A stretch of 60,799 bases of DNA, filler included, from Asterionella formosa (lineage: Eukaryota), in NCBI GenBank assembly GCA_002256025.1. It is 11 parts of 11 records of this genome, joined end to end, with 100 filler letters (N's around TTAATTAATTAA, not from the genome) between each part and the next. Parts side by side here need not be neighbours in the genome. Positions count along the whole stretch, not along the records: positions 44,323 to 49,751 come from NKIB01013071.1; positions 49,852 to 55,275 come from NKIB01013072.1; positions 55,376 to 60,799 come from NKIB01013074.1; 8 more parts are not named here. The stretch is one strand, 5' to 3'. Shown here piece by piece: positions 48,386 through 60,027 of the stretch. Under the pieces are notes generated by a model that saw only the letters and a list, made by a program, of their open reading frames with translations, searched no databases and had not been told where the DNA came from. The stretch's first letter is position 1. Every line of letters starts with the position of its first letter. The position numbers and the translations under genes are program-made.

Positions 48386-49705
48386 ATGCTGATTTCCAAC
48401 AGAATCTTGCTTGCGAGCATCATCATACTTGTGCAGTCAGTAGATTCTGAAAACTTCACATGCAGAAATGGAATCACAGGAAATGGTCAATGTTCCAATA
48501 GACTCAATGTTGCTCCGCATTTGGCCATTGTGGAGACGCCGCTGAATACTGCGATAATCGGGCCCAGATTACACCAATTCCCAGGCGACGCCTACCACTC
48601 AGTCTCCGTCATATGCCAACACTGGTCCAACATGTAAATCCAAAGATACCATGACGGTAAATTTCGGCTACTACTATCAGAGTTGGGCGGCTAGTAAGGA
48701 GTGATGTGTCACTGTCACTCCCTCTGATATTGACGTGAGTGGAAATGGATTCACCCATTTGTCATACAGTTTTGCCTGGCTCAAGAATGTTTCGGGAAAA
48801 ATTGCTACGTACGGAGATGATTATGTCAATGAAGTCATTTTGTATGACCAATTCAATGGTCTCAAGATGCGGTATCCTAATTTGAAAACTATCATTTCTG
48901 TAGGTGGGTGGTCATTCAACAACCCTGCCGAGGGCACAAGCTCTCGTTTCAGCACTGTGGCCGCCACATCTGTATCTAGAAAGAAATTTGCGGAGGCAGT
49001 GATTGAGTTCTTGCAAACATACAAATTTGATGGGATTGACTTGGACTGGGAATTCCCTGGAGATTTTGATCGAGGTGGTAGTACAGCAGACTTTACCAAC
49101 TATGGCCTCTTGGTCACGACTATATGCAACGAGTTCAATAATGTTTTTGAAAAATACACAATAACAATGGCAGTTCCTGTGAGTCGATACAATGTGGAGA
49201 TTGGGTTTAATTTGACTGTTCTTTCTCAGCAATTAGACTCTTTGAACATCATGGCCTATGACATTCATGGTTCTTGGGATGATCCTAAAATCATAGGATC
49301 ACATACAGACCTGAGATTCATTCATGATATCCTTCAATATTTATTTGACTGCAATGTTCCTAATGACCAAATTGTTCTTGGGTTGGCAGCATATGGTCGG
49401 TCTTATATATTGGCCAACTTGTCTTGTCATTCTCCTGGATGTGCTTTTACCAGTGCTGGACCTGGTGGATGTGCTGGAGAGGACAACTTTATGCCTCTAC
49501 TTACCATATCCGAGTTCACTGAGAGTGGAAACTACAGCTTGTTGGTATTAAACAGAATCACGGGCTCTCCTGAACTTGTACTTTCAGGGAATGACATCAC
49601 AGTATGGATTTCCTTTGATACCATCGAGACTTTTCAGCATACGGCTACCTTCTTTGCAAATGCTTGCCTACGGGGATACATGTGGTGGGCGTTGACATGA
49701 TTGAT
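48386..49705 (+). pseudogene. Secreted GH18 chitinase with N-terminal chitin-binding domain, disrupted
   Basis: Signal peptide, then CRNGITGNGQCS/QCCSAFGHCGDAAEYC, GYYYQSWA, THLSYSFA, ISVGGWS, the catalytic motif FDGIDLDWEFP, MAYDIHGSW and LGLAAYGRSY. Frameshifts near 48500, 48583 and 49690, and an in-frame TGA at 48702. Confidence 0.9.
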
Positions 49706-49851
49706 TGCCCAATTTTATTGTCGCCCATTCCAGGAGGTACTGCCACTGGCCNNNNNNNNNNNNNNNNNNNNNNNNNNNNNNNNNNNNNNNNNNNNTTAAT
49801 TAATTAANNNNNNNNNNNNNNNNNNNNNNNNNNNNNNNNNNNNNNNNNNNN

Positions 49852-50330
49852 GGCACTGGAGGGTTTGTGGGAGCTGGCACCGGAGGGTTCGTGGGTGCTG
49901 GCACTGGAGGGTTTGTGGGAGCTGGCACAGGAGGGTTCGTGGGTGCTGGCACTGGAGGACTAGTTGCCGCTGGCACTGAAGGGTTCGAGGGTGCTGGCAC
50001 TGGAGGGGTAGTTGCTGCTGGCACTGGAGGGGTTGTGGGAGCTGGCACTGGAGGGTTAGTGGGTGCTGGCACTGGAGGGGTTGTGGGAGCTGGCACCGGA
50101 GGGTTCGTGGGTGCTGGCACTGGAGGGTTTGTGGGAGCTGGCACCGGAGGGTTCGTGGGTGCTGGCACTGGAGGACTAGTTGCCGCTGGCACTGAAGGGT
50201 TCGAGGGTGCTGGCACTGGAACGGCAGTCACATCAGCAAGTACCCGAAGACCACTGGTAGCGGCTTTTGCAGGAACACAGGTGATGGTCAGTGATGCCAA
50301 TAGCAAGAAGCTGAAGTTAGAGACCTTCAT
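49852..50330 (-). CDS. Secreted proline-rich protein with (PVPAPTNP)n 8-aa repeats; 3' end cut off by the contig edge
   Basis: ATG 50330 starts a signal peptide (MKVSNFSFLLLASLTITCVPAKA), followed by GLRVL (RxL-type site) and 24-bp repeats encoding PVPAP(T/S)(N/T)P. Confidence 0.88.
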
Positions 50331-51009
50331 TGTGATGACCTTTCGCAAAGTAACTTTCAAGTGTCTTCATTTATCATTCAAAATCATTCATTGGCATTGC
50401 GTCCATTTACTTACCACTATTACGTGTTAACGGGCATACCATAAGTATGTATGTATTGTCTTCACATTACCGATATAAAATATAAATATCTATGCATGAA
50501 TATATGTATAATCGGTAAGCCGAAAAGGGTTCGTCGTCGTTTGAGCCGTTAGTACATACCGGTATATAATAAGACCGAGGATATGACAAATGTATAATAT
50601 CCTCGAATATTATCACCGGTACATGTTAAGGTTCCTGGATATGAACCCCAAAGGCGAGGTAGGGTTGAAAAAAATATATAGAGAGTCAGAGTAATCAAAC
50701 ACACACATCGTTAGAGTAAAATATATAAATATATATATTGCTTAACGAAGCTTTCACCAATGCACACCCTTTCCATATCCTTAAATACAGTCATGGATCA
50801 AAGTAGGGGAATAGTAGGTCAACGCTATATATCATCAGGAAATAGGATCTGGCGAGAAACTGCAGCAAGGAACTTCGGTTCTTTAACTATGCTGAAAACA
50901 ATGGATTTTACCGGGCCAACTCGTCGTTTATTTGGCCTAGTAAAAACACCGATGTTCCTTTCAGCAGTCTCTCACCGAAAGTTAACTTCTGGGGCTATAT
51001 GAAAATTAT

Positions 51010-52667
51010 CTATGTTTTTAACTCTTCTTCAAACCCTGCCAACGTTGAGCTATCATTGTTCAAAAATTCGACAATATCGGCCTTTTCAACAGTCACCAAA
51101 ACGTCAGAATCAGAATCACTAATCGCCAAAATGTCATCATTGATATAGGAGTCTTGTGATTCAATTTTTCGTCCTAGAATCACCTCTACAAAAAAATTCA
51201 TTCTAAGTGCACGCTTCACTATAAATATTTTGATTGGTCAAGTTCAATTACTTACCGACAATTGATTGGCCTGGTTTGCGCGGTCTTGCAAACCCAAGCT
51301 GACCACACTGGATGCACATGTAACATTTTCTTGGGTGTCGCGCATCATACGCATTCCAGTATGATCAGGCGCTTTGCCTACCGGTACATTGAATGGACAG
51401 AGTGCGCTGCTTTTCCTTTGATGATCATTGTGGCCACAATGATTGCAAACATTTGTTCCTTTCCTTCTTGTTTCCTCATTGCTTTCGAACTGCCAGTTAC
51501 ATGATTCTTGGGAAAAACATGTTCCTTGATTGGTTTCTTGTACCGTGTAGCCTGTTGCATACTACATTCTTACAGACAATAAATTTCACTCTGTAGTCTA
51601 GTATCTTTTTCATGTAGCCGCCAATACAAAAAGCATGTCCACTTACAGAGTTGTACTTATTCCCGCTGGACCGCTGCTACCAGCCGATATCGTAAGTAAC
51701 AGTGAGTCGAGGCATATTCAGTACAGGCAAGCGATCCGTACCAGTCAGACTGTTCCAACACTGAAAATCACGTCCTTTGTCAGCCCAGTGTCCTCGTTCA
51801 TCATGCACATTGAGTGTCAGATATATTTCCTCCTTATATGCCTCTTTCATTGCAAGAGCGGTTGCAGTAACTTCAGCGTTTCCTACCAGTTCCTCTACTA
51901 GACTACTGCACCAAATTTACCTTGCGTAGACCAAAATCCAAAGTGGTAAGTGGAAGATTCATTGCGGAGCAGATGATATCTGTATCTGTCGGCGGTCCCA
52001 TTGGCTTCGGGAGAACCCAAAATAAACTGTTTGTTTATAGAAAATTGTTTTGCTTCTATTGCGTTATTTCTTATCTCATCATTTCTTTCTCCGTTGCTGT
52101 TGCTTCTTACAGATTCGAGTGCAGAAATCAGTTTCTGACGGGGGGTCAAACAGGAGACTTTGAATTCGCTTGCCAAGCCGTAATTTTTGTAGAGACAACA
52201 ATCAAAGGTTGTTTCATTGTTGAAAGAGAAAACAATCAAAGGTTGTTTCATTGTTGAAATCAGCAAGACAAACACATCCTGCTCCAGAAATGCTTCACAT
52301 TGCTGTTAAATGGAGGAAAGCTTTTGTTGTCTATTTGATTTAAAGTAAGTTACAAAGTCACAAAGTGATTGTTTGCAATATTCTTTTACAAATTTATTAG
52401 CACAACTTTAGCAACAATCCATGTCTTCCTGCAGAAATTTCGAAAATTTATTGTAGTCGATCATATGATTTATGTTCAGTTGAGAGTCTGCTTTAGTAAT
52501 TCTTACAATGTGATTGCTAGTCCAATTGGTGAAGTGGTTGTTGTAGGGTGACAAAAAGGCATCTTAGAGGTCCACCGATTTTGATTTTCATCGGCCGCTG
52601 TATTTCGTCCTCCTTGACCGCCAACACCAATTTCGGAAATGAGACGGCTACCACTGGAACGTGGCAT
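51010..52667 (-). pseudogene. Kolobok-type (Pfam Mutator-like) DDE transposase, frameshifted and internally deleted
   Basis: The minus strand at about 51715-51475 reads LTVTYDIGW*QRSSGNKYNSVSGHAFCIGGYMKKILDYRVKFIVCK/CS...EHVFPKNHVTGSSKAM. It then jumps to the C-terminal knuckle CNHCGHNDHQRKSSALCP. Upstream fragments are IDYNKFSKFLQEDMDCC*SC and FSINKQFILG. Confidence 0.82.
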
Positions 52668-52849
52668 TATTTTGTCTTATAATAGTTGGTGTTGCTGTTT
52701 TTTATTGCTGGTTGATTTGTTAAATTTTGCAAACATGAAAACATTTTTGTCATTCATGCCACCTCACTTCTAGAAGGTTTTGAAACATCGTACGTAGGTG
52801 GATTGAAGTTCTTGATTTACTGATGAAATAAATGAAAATCGTAAAAACA

Positions 52850-53350
52850 CTAATCACTAATAGATTTAGAACATTTAGAGCGTTTGGAAGTTGGTTTGAA
52901 AACAACATACACTTCGTTTGGGTCCTTGTTCTTCAAAAGAGATCAAACCCCCTTCAAATAACAGTCAGGAAGTTGCATCCGAACACCTTTTCCCAATGGA
53001 CCACAGAAAACTCGGATTAGAAACTTGTACAGAAGATTGCGGGCTTGTAATCATGCCGTAATGTCTTCATACTTCAACCTGGTAAGAATGGATTCACCTC
53101 CCAGAAACTTCTCCATCAACTCTTCAACTTCATCCCATCGGCACTGACATTCAGGGCAGCAAAAATCGCAGCATTCGCAGAAGATGCGATCCTCACATCC
53201 CTCCACATACGACTCTACAATCAACCGGTCTTGGCAGGTAGGACAACTACCGTTACTGAATTTATATTCTTCGTTACCGTTGTCATCATTGTGATGAGTA
53301 ATTTTGCTCGTGGTTGATTGTTGCTTTTTTGGTTTCTTACCGGTAGTCAT
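52850..53350 (-). pseudogene. KolX-like accessory protein (similar to the P2X7 intracellular C-terminal domain) with two in-frame TGA
   Basis: From ATG 53350: Cys-rich CPTC...CECCDFCCPECQC, then *LQARNLLYKFLIRVFCGPLGKGVRMQLPDCYLKGV*SLLKNKDPNEVYVVF, ending at TAG 52852-52850. The internal TGAs are at 53053-53051 and 52945-52943. Confidence 0.75.
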
Positions 53351-54320
53351 CAACAATATTTGCCATGCTGCCAGCAGCTCATCTGACACATGTATGTTGA
53401 TTGTATGATATTTTATATGAACATTGAGCGATGGAGGATGCTTATGTATATATTTATTAAATTCAAAAAGGAATCTATGTATGTACGCGCTAATTTCCAG
53501 TGATTTAAATATTTCAAAAGGAATTTCGTCATTCAAAATTAACTCATACAAATTCTTAGTTCCCGGGAATTTCGGCAACCCTAGAAAGCAATAATTTAAT
53601 TTTTGCCTAGGGTTTCAAATGCAGGAACCTTAATCATTTTAATAGCGCATTCTTACTACCACCAGGTACCGGTAGTTGAAACATGAAGAGATTTCTGATG
53701 CCAGATCAGTTTATGAGAGTGTCAATGTATTTTCGACTCTAGTGACCTGATTAGGAACAACATGTACCATAATCCACTAGATAGTTGTTTCAAGGACACA
53801 TGGTTAAATATCGCGTATAAATGCCACAGTTTAGAGAGAAACTTCCAAGAGAAGTTCTCTCTAGTCTTTTACTAGAGGATGATCCAACCTAGAGGCCAAA
53901 TCAATAAAGATTGACCAGACAATTACAGATATGTCCGCAAAATCAAGTAACATTAAAGAATCAAACTAGATATATCTAGTTATGATTAACAAGATCCTTC
54001 TGTAAGCAGTCTTCGATCAAACATCATCTGGCCTAACAAGTTGAGATGGGCCCAGATTAAGACAAATGTGTATTTAGCTAGGAATAGGATGTAGTTTATT
54101 CTCAGTTCAAGTTGGGAACACAAATGACCCTGCTTGCCTCCAATGATGATCACCTCTATTTTGAAAGATGCATGAGCTTGGGTTTCAAAATTCAAACATT
54201 AAGCTCACTCTTTTATAAAAACAGCTATAAGCAAACAAAGTAAAACAAACAAATTGTGTAGAAACAATTTTCTAGCAACTTTTACTGCGTGAGAGATACA
54301 GATTCGTAGCCTTTACCAAC

Positions 54321-55275
54321 TGGTTATAGAGCCCAACACGCTCGTAGTAGCTAAACTGTTCTTACACAACAAGGTTCGTTACACGACAAGGTTGTGAGAT
54401 TCAGGCAAGAGATTGCATTCAACTTGTAGCCTCCTACATAGTCACCACGTGAGATAGCAAGCACTGTGTCAGCGCCTCTGCTATACAGGGTAACAATACA
54501 GACGTAGTATTCTTCATGAAGTGTGTGGTTTTTTAAGTTTCTTGATGGTGCTGCTCGAACACAATAGCTTGAACTAAGAACTTTAGCAAGCGACAACTCA
54601 CCATGATCATACTTAACGACGATGACGCAAGCAACGAAGTTTGGACACGTCACGCCCGAGGGGGGGGGGTTATGATACTCTGGTGGTGCACTCACCAGAC
54701 ATTTCAAGGCTGAAATCAATGTCTCCAATTTTCTCGCCCTAGCTACCAGCTACTTACGGGAGAAACCAGAGAGGTTCGCGGACTACAGGTATTCGAGTAC
54801 TGCACCAAAGACCGCAAGAAGCTCCACAAGGGTCCTACTGGCAATCCAGTAGTGACGAACTTCACCCTCTATGAGCTGGAGCGTGCAATCCGCAAGGAAG
54901 CCGCTCTCGTAGGCGTTGGTACGTTTTTGTTTGCACCTGATTCTGAAGGTGTCATGTGGGATACGTCTACAAATCATTCTCGCATCAAATATGAACTGGT
55001 CAAGACTGCCTAGGTCCTGTAACAGAACCAGTGTACCAGTTTGACGACCCTACAGCCGAAACTGAGGCATCTGTACTAGCCAGGTCCATGGTCTGGGATG
55101 ACCAATCTAGGGATGACTCTTTGCACCTATGGAGGTTGATTGAGTCTCATGTAGATCCTGGGCTACTTAGTGGCTTCTACGAAAGCCTTGAAGACTATGG
55201 TGAAAGCTTTCCTGGACTCCTTCTACTATGGGTAACTTTGATGGATGAGGTTCCCTCAGGGTCGCCTCAACGTAT
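54321..55275 (+). mobile_element. 5' region of another copia-like element: half-tRNA-iMet-type PBS and decayed gag
   Basis: ...TTTACCA-AC-TGGTTATAGAGCCCA resembles the GGTTATGGGCCCA PBS of copia elements primed by the tRNA-iMet anticodon arm. The downstream broken frame WDDQSRDDSLHLWRLIESHVDP..ESFPGLLLLWVTLMDEV resembles diatom copia gag as recalled. Confidence 0.55.
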
Positions 55276-56778
55276 NNNNNNNNNNNNNNNNNNNNNNNNN
55301 NNNNNNNNNNNNNNNNNNNTTAATTAATTAANNNNNNNNNNNNNNNNNNNNNNNNNNNNNNNNNNNNNNNNNNNNTCAAATGAATTATTTGAAACATCAA
55401 CTAATTCAGTCTCGCGTTCAAAATTCATTGTGAAAACTTCACATGAAACAGTTAAAACTTCACATGAAACAGTTAAAAGTAATCTTTTTTACGTGAAGAG
55501 TGGCATTAATGCATGTGAAGTACCACATAATTAACACTCATACGTAGACGAAATTTCGAAAAGTGGCGTATTTCGCGTCTTAGATGAAGAATGCATACTA
55601 AGCTTCATTGCATTTCATTCTAATTTCATTAGCAACCCAAGGATTGTTGACTGCTGTGTATATAATTGTTACTTAAGATAAATGTTGTTTGATTGCGGTA
55701 GGTCCTAATCTTTAAACTATGAATGGATTGTACTTAAGGTTATTTCGGTGTAATTAATATATACCACGCATAGCATGGTGCGATCTTTCCTTACTTTGCC
55801 AGTAATCTTTCATAAAACATGATACTCCCAAAATTTAATCCGTCAGCTTGTATCCTGCAACAGAAGTACCTGGTCTTAATACTACATTCTGCACTTTTTG
55901 TCCAGCTGGTTAAATTATGATGGATTTGTTACAAAATATCATGACCTGGCTGTATGGTGGATACATCAGTTTTTTTCGCATGTCATTGATTCCTATAATG
56001 ATGCAAAACATTCACATGATGGGTGGTTATATTTTGATACACCTAGTTTCAAGGATTATTTTTACACATGGAACATTAATGCTGCAAACTATAAAGATAT
56101 GTATATTACAGAACGAATCAATATTCGTCACATCAAACCTTTTCATAGGTAAAAAAGATTTTCCCTTGGTGTGGTGGGAGAGTTAGCAATCCCGCGTTTC
56201 AATACAGCAGATGTATATAGGGTTAGAGTTATACCATATATATCAGAACCAATGATGAGAGAACTCAATGCTATTGTATACTTTGGTGTCGACTTAAAGA
56301 ATGAGTTGCACACAGTTTAAAAGCTCATAAGACTCAACAAATGCTGTTGACCTGGTACCAGGTACTACTTCTAGTTAGATACTTCATCAGCCAGGTACCG
56401 GAATATGATACATTTTAATATACCGATACCTGGTACCAGGGGTACCTTCGTAACGGTTAGATCTGTTTCATACCGGCGTTATGGATTTTAGAGTTGCAAA
56501 TGGATTGTCGTGCGTCATCAGAAATAGGCTCTAGTAGTCGTGAAGTAGAATGTATCCCCGTTTTCTACACATCATAACGCATAGTAATAATACACTTAAG
56601 CAACCGTTTAGACGCGATACCACCGATCCGCGCCTGCCTTTCCGATCAAAGAAGGTCATTCTGATCAATCTAGCAAAGACCAGAACCTTCGTTTTAACAC
56701 GAGGATTCCACATCAGGCTAACATGATCATATTCCTCAAACATTAGCCGGAAGGATCGCAAACAAAGTAGCCGCAATC

Positions 56779-57726
56779 ATGGTTCAGCTCTTTAAGTTTC
56801 TCATTCTCCTCCTCCTCATGGCACCAGAAGCTGTTCGTGCCAAGAAACAGCACATTGCTTCTACCAAACCTACGACAGAGAATCTCAGAGCCGCCGGCGG
56901 TGCAGCGAAGCAACAGAAAAATGGTTTGAACTTTATATTTTACCGGCTTGGAGCCAAAGTCCTGACAGGAAATGTCGACCTATACTTGATTTATTACGGA
57001 ACGTGGGCAGACTCGGAGAAGCAGTTGATCGAAACTTTTGCAAATGGAATTGGGACATCAGGATGGTACAATACAACGAAACAATACTACTTTCAACAAA
57101 ACCAGAACTCTGGAAAAATCATGGTCAACGGGACGGTCAAGGTAAAGCAAACCGTCACTGACATGGGAAGTCTAGGTTTCACTTTGGGGGCTAATGATAT
57201 TGCCAAAATCGTTAACGGAAACATTAATAATGACACTTTTCCTGCAGATACAAATGCGATCTACTATGTTCTCACATCAGACAATGTCAAGGAATCCATG
57301 GATTCATCAAATCGTTTTTGCACTAATTACTGTGGATATCATGGTTCAACAATTGCTAACAAGAACAATACCAGAGTCCAGTATTCAATGGTGGGAAAAC
57401 CTCCTCCTTCATGCTTCGGCGCGTGTGCTGCATCTTTGAATTCGAAAGTGAGCCCTAATAGTAATGTGGCTGTCGATGCCTTGCTGAGTGTGTTTGCACA
57501 TGAGCTAACTGAAGCAGTCACGGATCCTTATGGTGATATGTCTGGCAAAGAAGCTTGGTATGATCAAAAGGGGTATGAGAATGGTGACAAGTGCTCTTGG
57601 AATTTTGGGACAGTGAAGAAAGACACATTTGGTGCTAGCTACAATGTGGAAATTTCCAACAAGAAATGGTTGGTGCAACTGAACTGGTCGCCTGTCTCTC
57701 AATCATGTGTCCTTAAAACAAATTAG
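56779..57726 (+). CDS. Secreted Phi-1/EXORDIUM-like protein (phosphate-induced protein 1 family)
   Basis: Intact, intronless, 315 aa. Signal peptide, then YRLGAKVLTGNVDLYLIYYGTW, AIYYVLTSDNV, FCTNYCGYH, SPNSNVAVDALLSVFAHELTEAVTDP, WYD..GYENGDKC.WNFG and WLVQLNW...C. Confidence 0.9.
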   Translation: MVQLFKFLILLLLMAPEAVRAKKQHIASTKPTTENLRAAGGAAKQQKNGLNFIFYRLGAKVLTGNVDLYLIYYGTWADSEKQLIETFANGIGTSGWYNTTKQYYFQQNQNSGKIMVNGTVKVKQTVTDMGSLGFTLGANDIAKIVNGNINNDTFPADTNAIYYVLTSDNVKESMDSSNRFCTNYCGYHGSTIANKNNTRVQYSMVGKPPPSCFGACAASLNSKVSPNSNVAVDALLSVFAHELTEAVTDPYGDMSGKEAWYDQKGYENGDKCSWNFGTVKKDTFGASYNVEISNKKWLVQLNWSPVSQSCVLKTN

Positions 57727-60027
57727 ATCACGCATTTGAACAGATTTTTGTGTCAGTTGAATAGTATGCATGCTATATGAATGGATATTGCAAAAATAAT
57801 GGTCACCACATGATTTTACTAGGCTGCAGGCACTTGCAACAAAAAGCTATGCAAAGTCTTTATTTTCTATAAACCGGAATATGGCAGTGTGTAGCTTATT
57901 TTGTATCAAAATGATTCCATTTGAATTATTAAACATTTTTGAAATTGGAGCAAAGAGATATATACAATACAAATGAGATTTACGAATAAGTGTTTGGAAC
58001 CTATTTTTGAGACCTTATATGGAGGAATCCATCGATTTGTTGTTTTGGGATGCACATCTGGTTCATTGGTCAACATTTTGTCAATAGTTATTTGATGTGA
58101 GGATACAAATCTATTTCATTGCATTAACTTTGTTGTCTTCACATTGGCGCAAATATTTAGTTTCTATTAAATCATATATAATCATGCACCAGTCATCTTT
58201 GAACTTTCTAAATTTTGCTTGCTTAGTCTTTGACTCCTGTTGGGTTTGCTCACCATTATCTTGATGGTGGTAACATATTTTCATTCACAACAAAATTTTG
58301 CTTTCTGGGATGACGTCAGTGAAGATTTCTTTATGCTTACTGTTTTCTGTTCTTGTTGGATAGAATTTAACTCTCTTTCTGTTTATGGCGACGATGCCTT
58401 GGGATCGCTCATGTAGTTGGTGGCAGTGTGACTCTGATGTGCAGTGACTCCAGCAATGGCCTCTTCAATCTCCATTTATTCATCCAATAATTCTGTATAT
58501 AATCATGGATTTTCGTTCTTTATGTTTGCTTGGTCGACTTTGAGGATCAACGCAAATGCTAATTCTGCTTTATTTCTTGCTCTAATTCACCTTGTCTTCC
58601 TTGTAGATGATCCCTTGCCTTGGCTAGCTTTACAGCAAATGACTCCAACTCATGCGACATGTACTTTCCTCATTTTTCTGCATTTAAATTGCTTCCTTTG
58701 GTCATGGCTTGCTAGTATTGTCACGACCAGTCCAGAGCGATTGCTTTTTTACCATGGGATAACTCCTTTTATCCGAAGGGAACCTGGACACCTTTGTAGC
58801 TTGACTAGCTACCATGGTACCAGTGAAAAACTGTATGCCAACGTTATTTTACTCCATCTTCCGACTGAAAATATTTAAGTAATTTATCAATCGAAACCTG
58901 ATGCAAGTACGAAGAGTATGTTCGACGATGCACTCTACTCAACGAATAAGTAATCATTTTCGATTCAGTGTATAAAGCCATGAAGATCTAATTTTTTCAA
59001 AGTCACTAAGATTGTTGCATAGCGGTGGCTTACAGTGCATATTTTTCTATCCATACATGAACATATTTCCCCCAAAACCGTGATTATTTTTACTCCGTTT
59101 ATAATACGACAGAAATTCTTTTCGTATTACTCTACCTGTTAGGCGAGATACAATATGCTTTTTGCGCTTGCATCATCACCAAATGCTTCTGACGCATAGT
59201 GTATTCGAAAGCATGATGACCTCGTACCCATAATAAATTATAATAAATTAATTCTATCGGAAGAACATTGTCATCCTTGTACATATGCCTGTACACGTAT
59301 AGAAAAGGCGATGCCAGCTCAATAGAGTAAACTTGAAATTATCCATTTTTCGCAATTTCGCGTCGACAGCAACCTTTGGGCCGTAATAAGTATTTAACAA
59401 CTTACAAAGCAACTATACAAGAAGGTAAGTATTTACTTGCTATATAAATCTGAACAACTCTTTCGTGACAATAATTAACTTTTCTTGCAAACTAAGTTCA
59501 AACCATGCGTTTACTCCGTTTAGCGGTGACTTACAGTTCAAAAGTCGTCATAGTAGCGGTGGCTTACAGTTTTTCACTGGTATCAGAGGATTCCTTGCTG
59601 CTCTGTTTTTGTGCTTAATATCTTTGTCCTTATTCTTGCTACATATGAATAGCAAAAAAGTGTGCTGCTTCCGCAACATTCGCCTACAGCAACCTCAAAT
59701 TTGTCCCAACGATTGACACACAGGGGCATCTCGTTTTTCATCTCAATTCAGCCTTGTTCCCAGTCCAGTATAGAAGCTTGGGTCTCAATGCATAGAGTGA
59801 GGCAATCACATTTTAAATTTTAAATCATGGGCAACATGTATCTTCATGGTGCCTGGTACTATTACCCAATTTCTCATTCAACGCAGCCATGCAACCCTGC
59901 TGCTCAACTTACATTGTCTGATTTTACTTGGTGTCAGTGGGGCTGCCGAAGTGCAACCAACCATTGTCTACTCTAGTCAAGCTTCTATAATGCGTACTAT
60001 AAAATTAAATGATTCCCTATTTAAAAT

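Larger units (their letters stand above)
50630..53629 (-). mobile_element. Kolobok-type DNA transposon, 3000 bp, TTAA target-site duplication, imperfect TIRs
   Basis: The left end is TTAA|GGTTCCTGGATATGAACCCCAAAGGC and the right end (reverse complement) is TTAA|GGTTCCTGCATTTGAAACCCTAGGC. It encloses a DDE transposase relic and a KolX-like gene. Confidence 0.86.

Noticed and set aside
5447..55375. Regularly spaced TTAATTAATTAA motif with a period of about 5.5 kb, and any gene-neighbourhood story across it
   Set aside because: It is an artificial linker between length-sorted contigs. ORFs running into X residues (e.g. 21871, 33204, 42933, 49800, 55031) are truncated by it.
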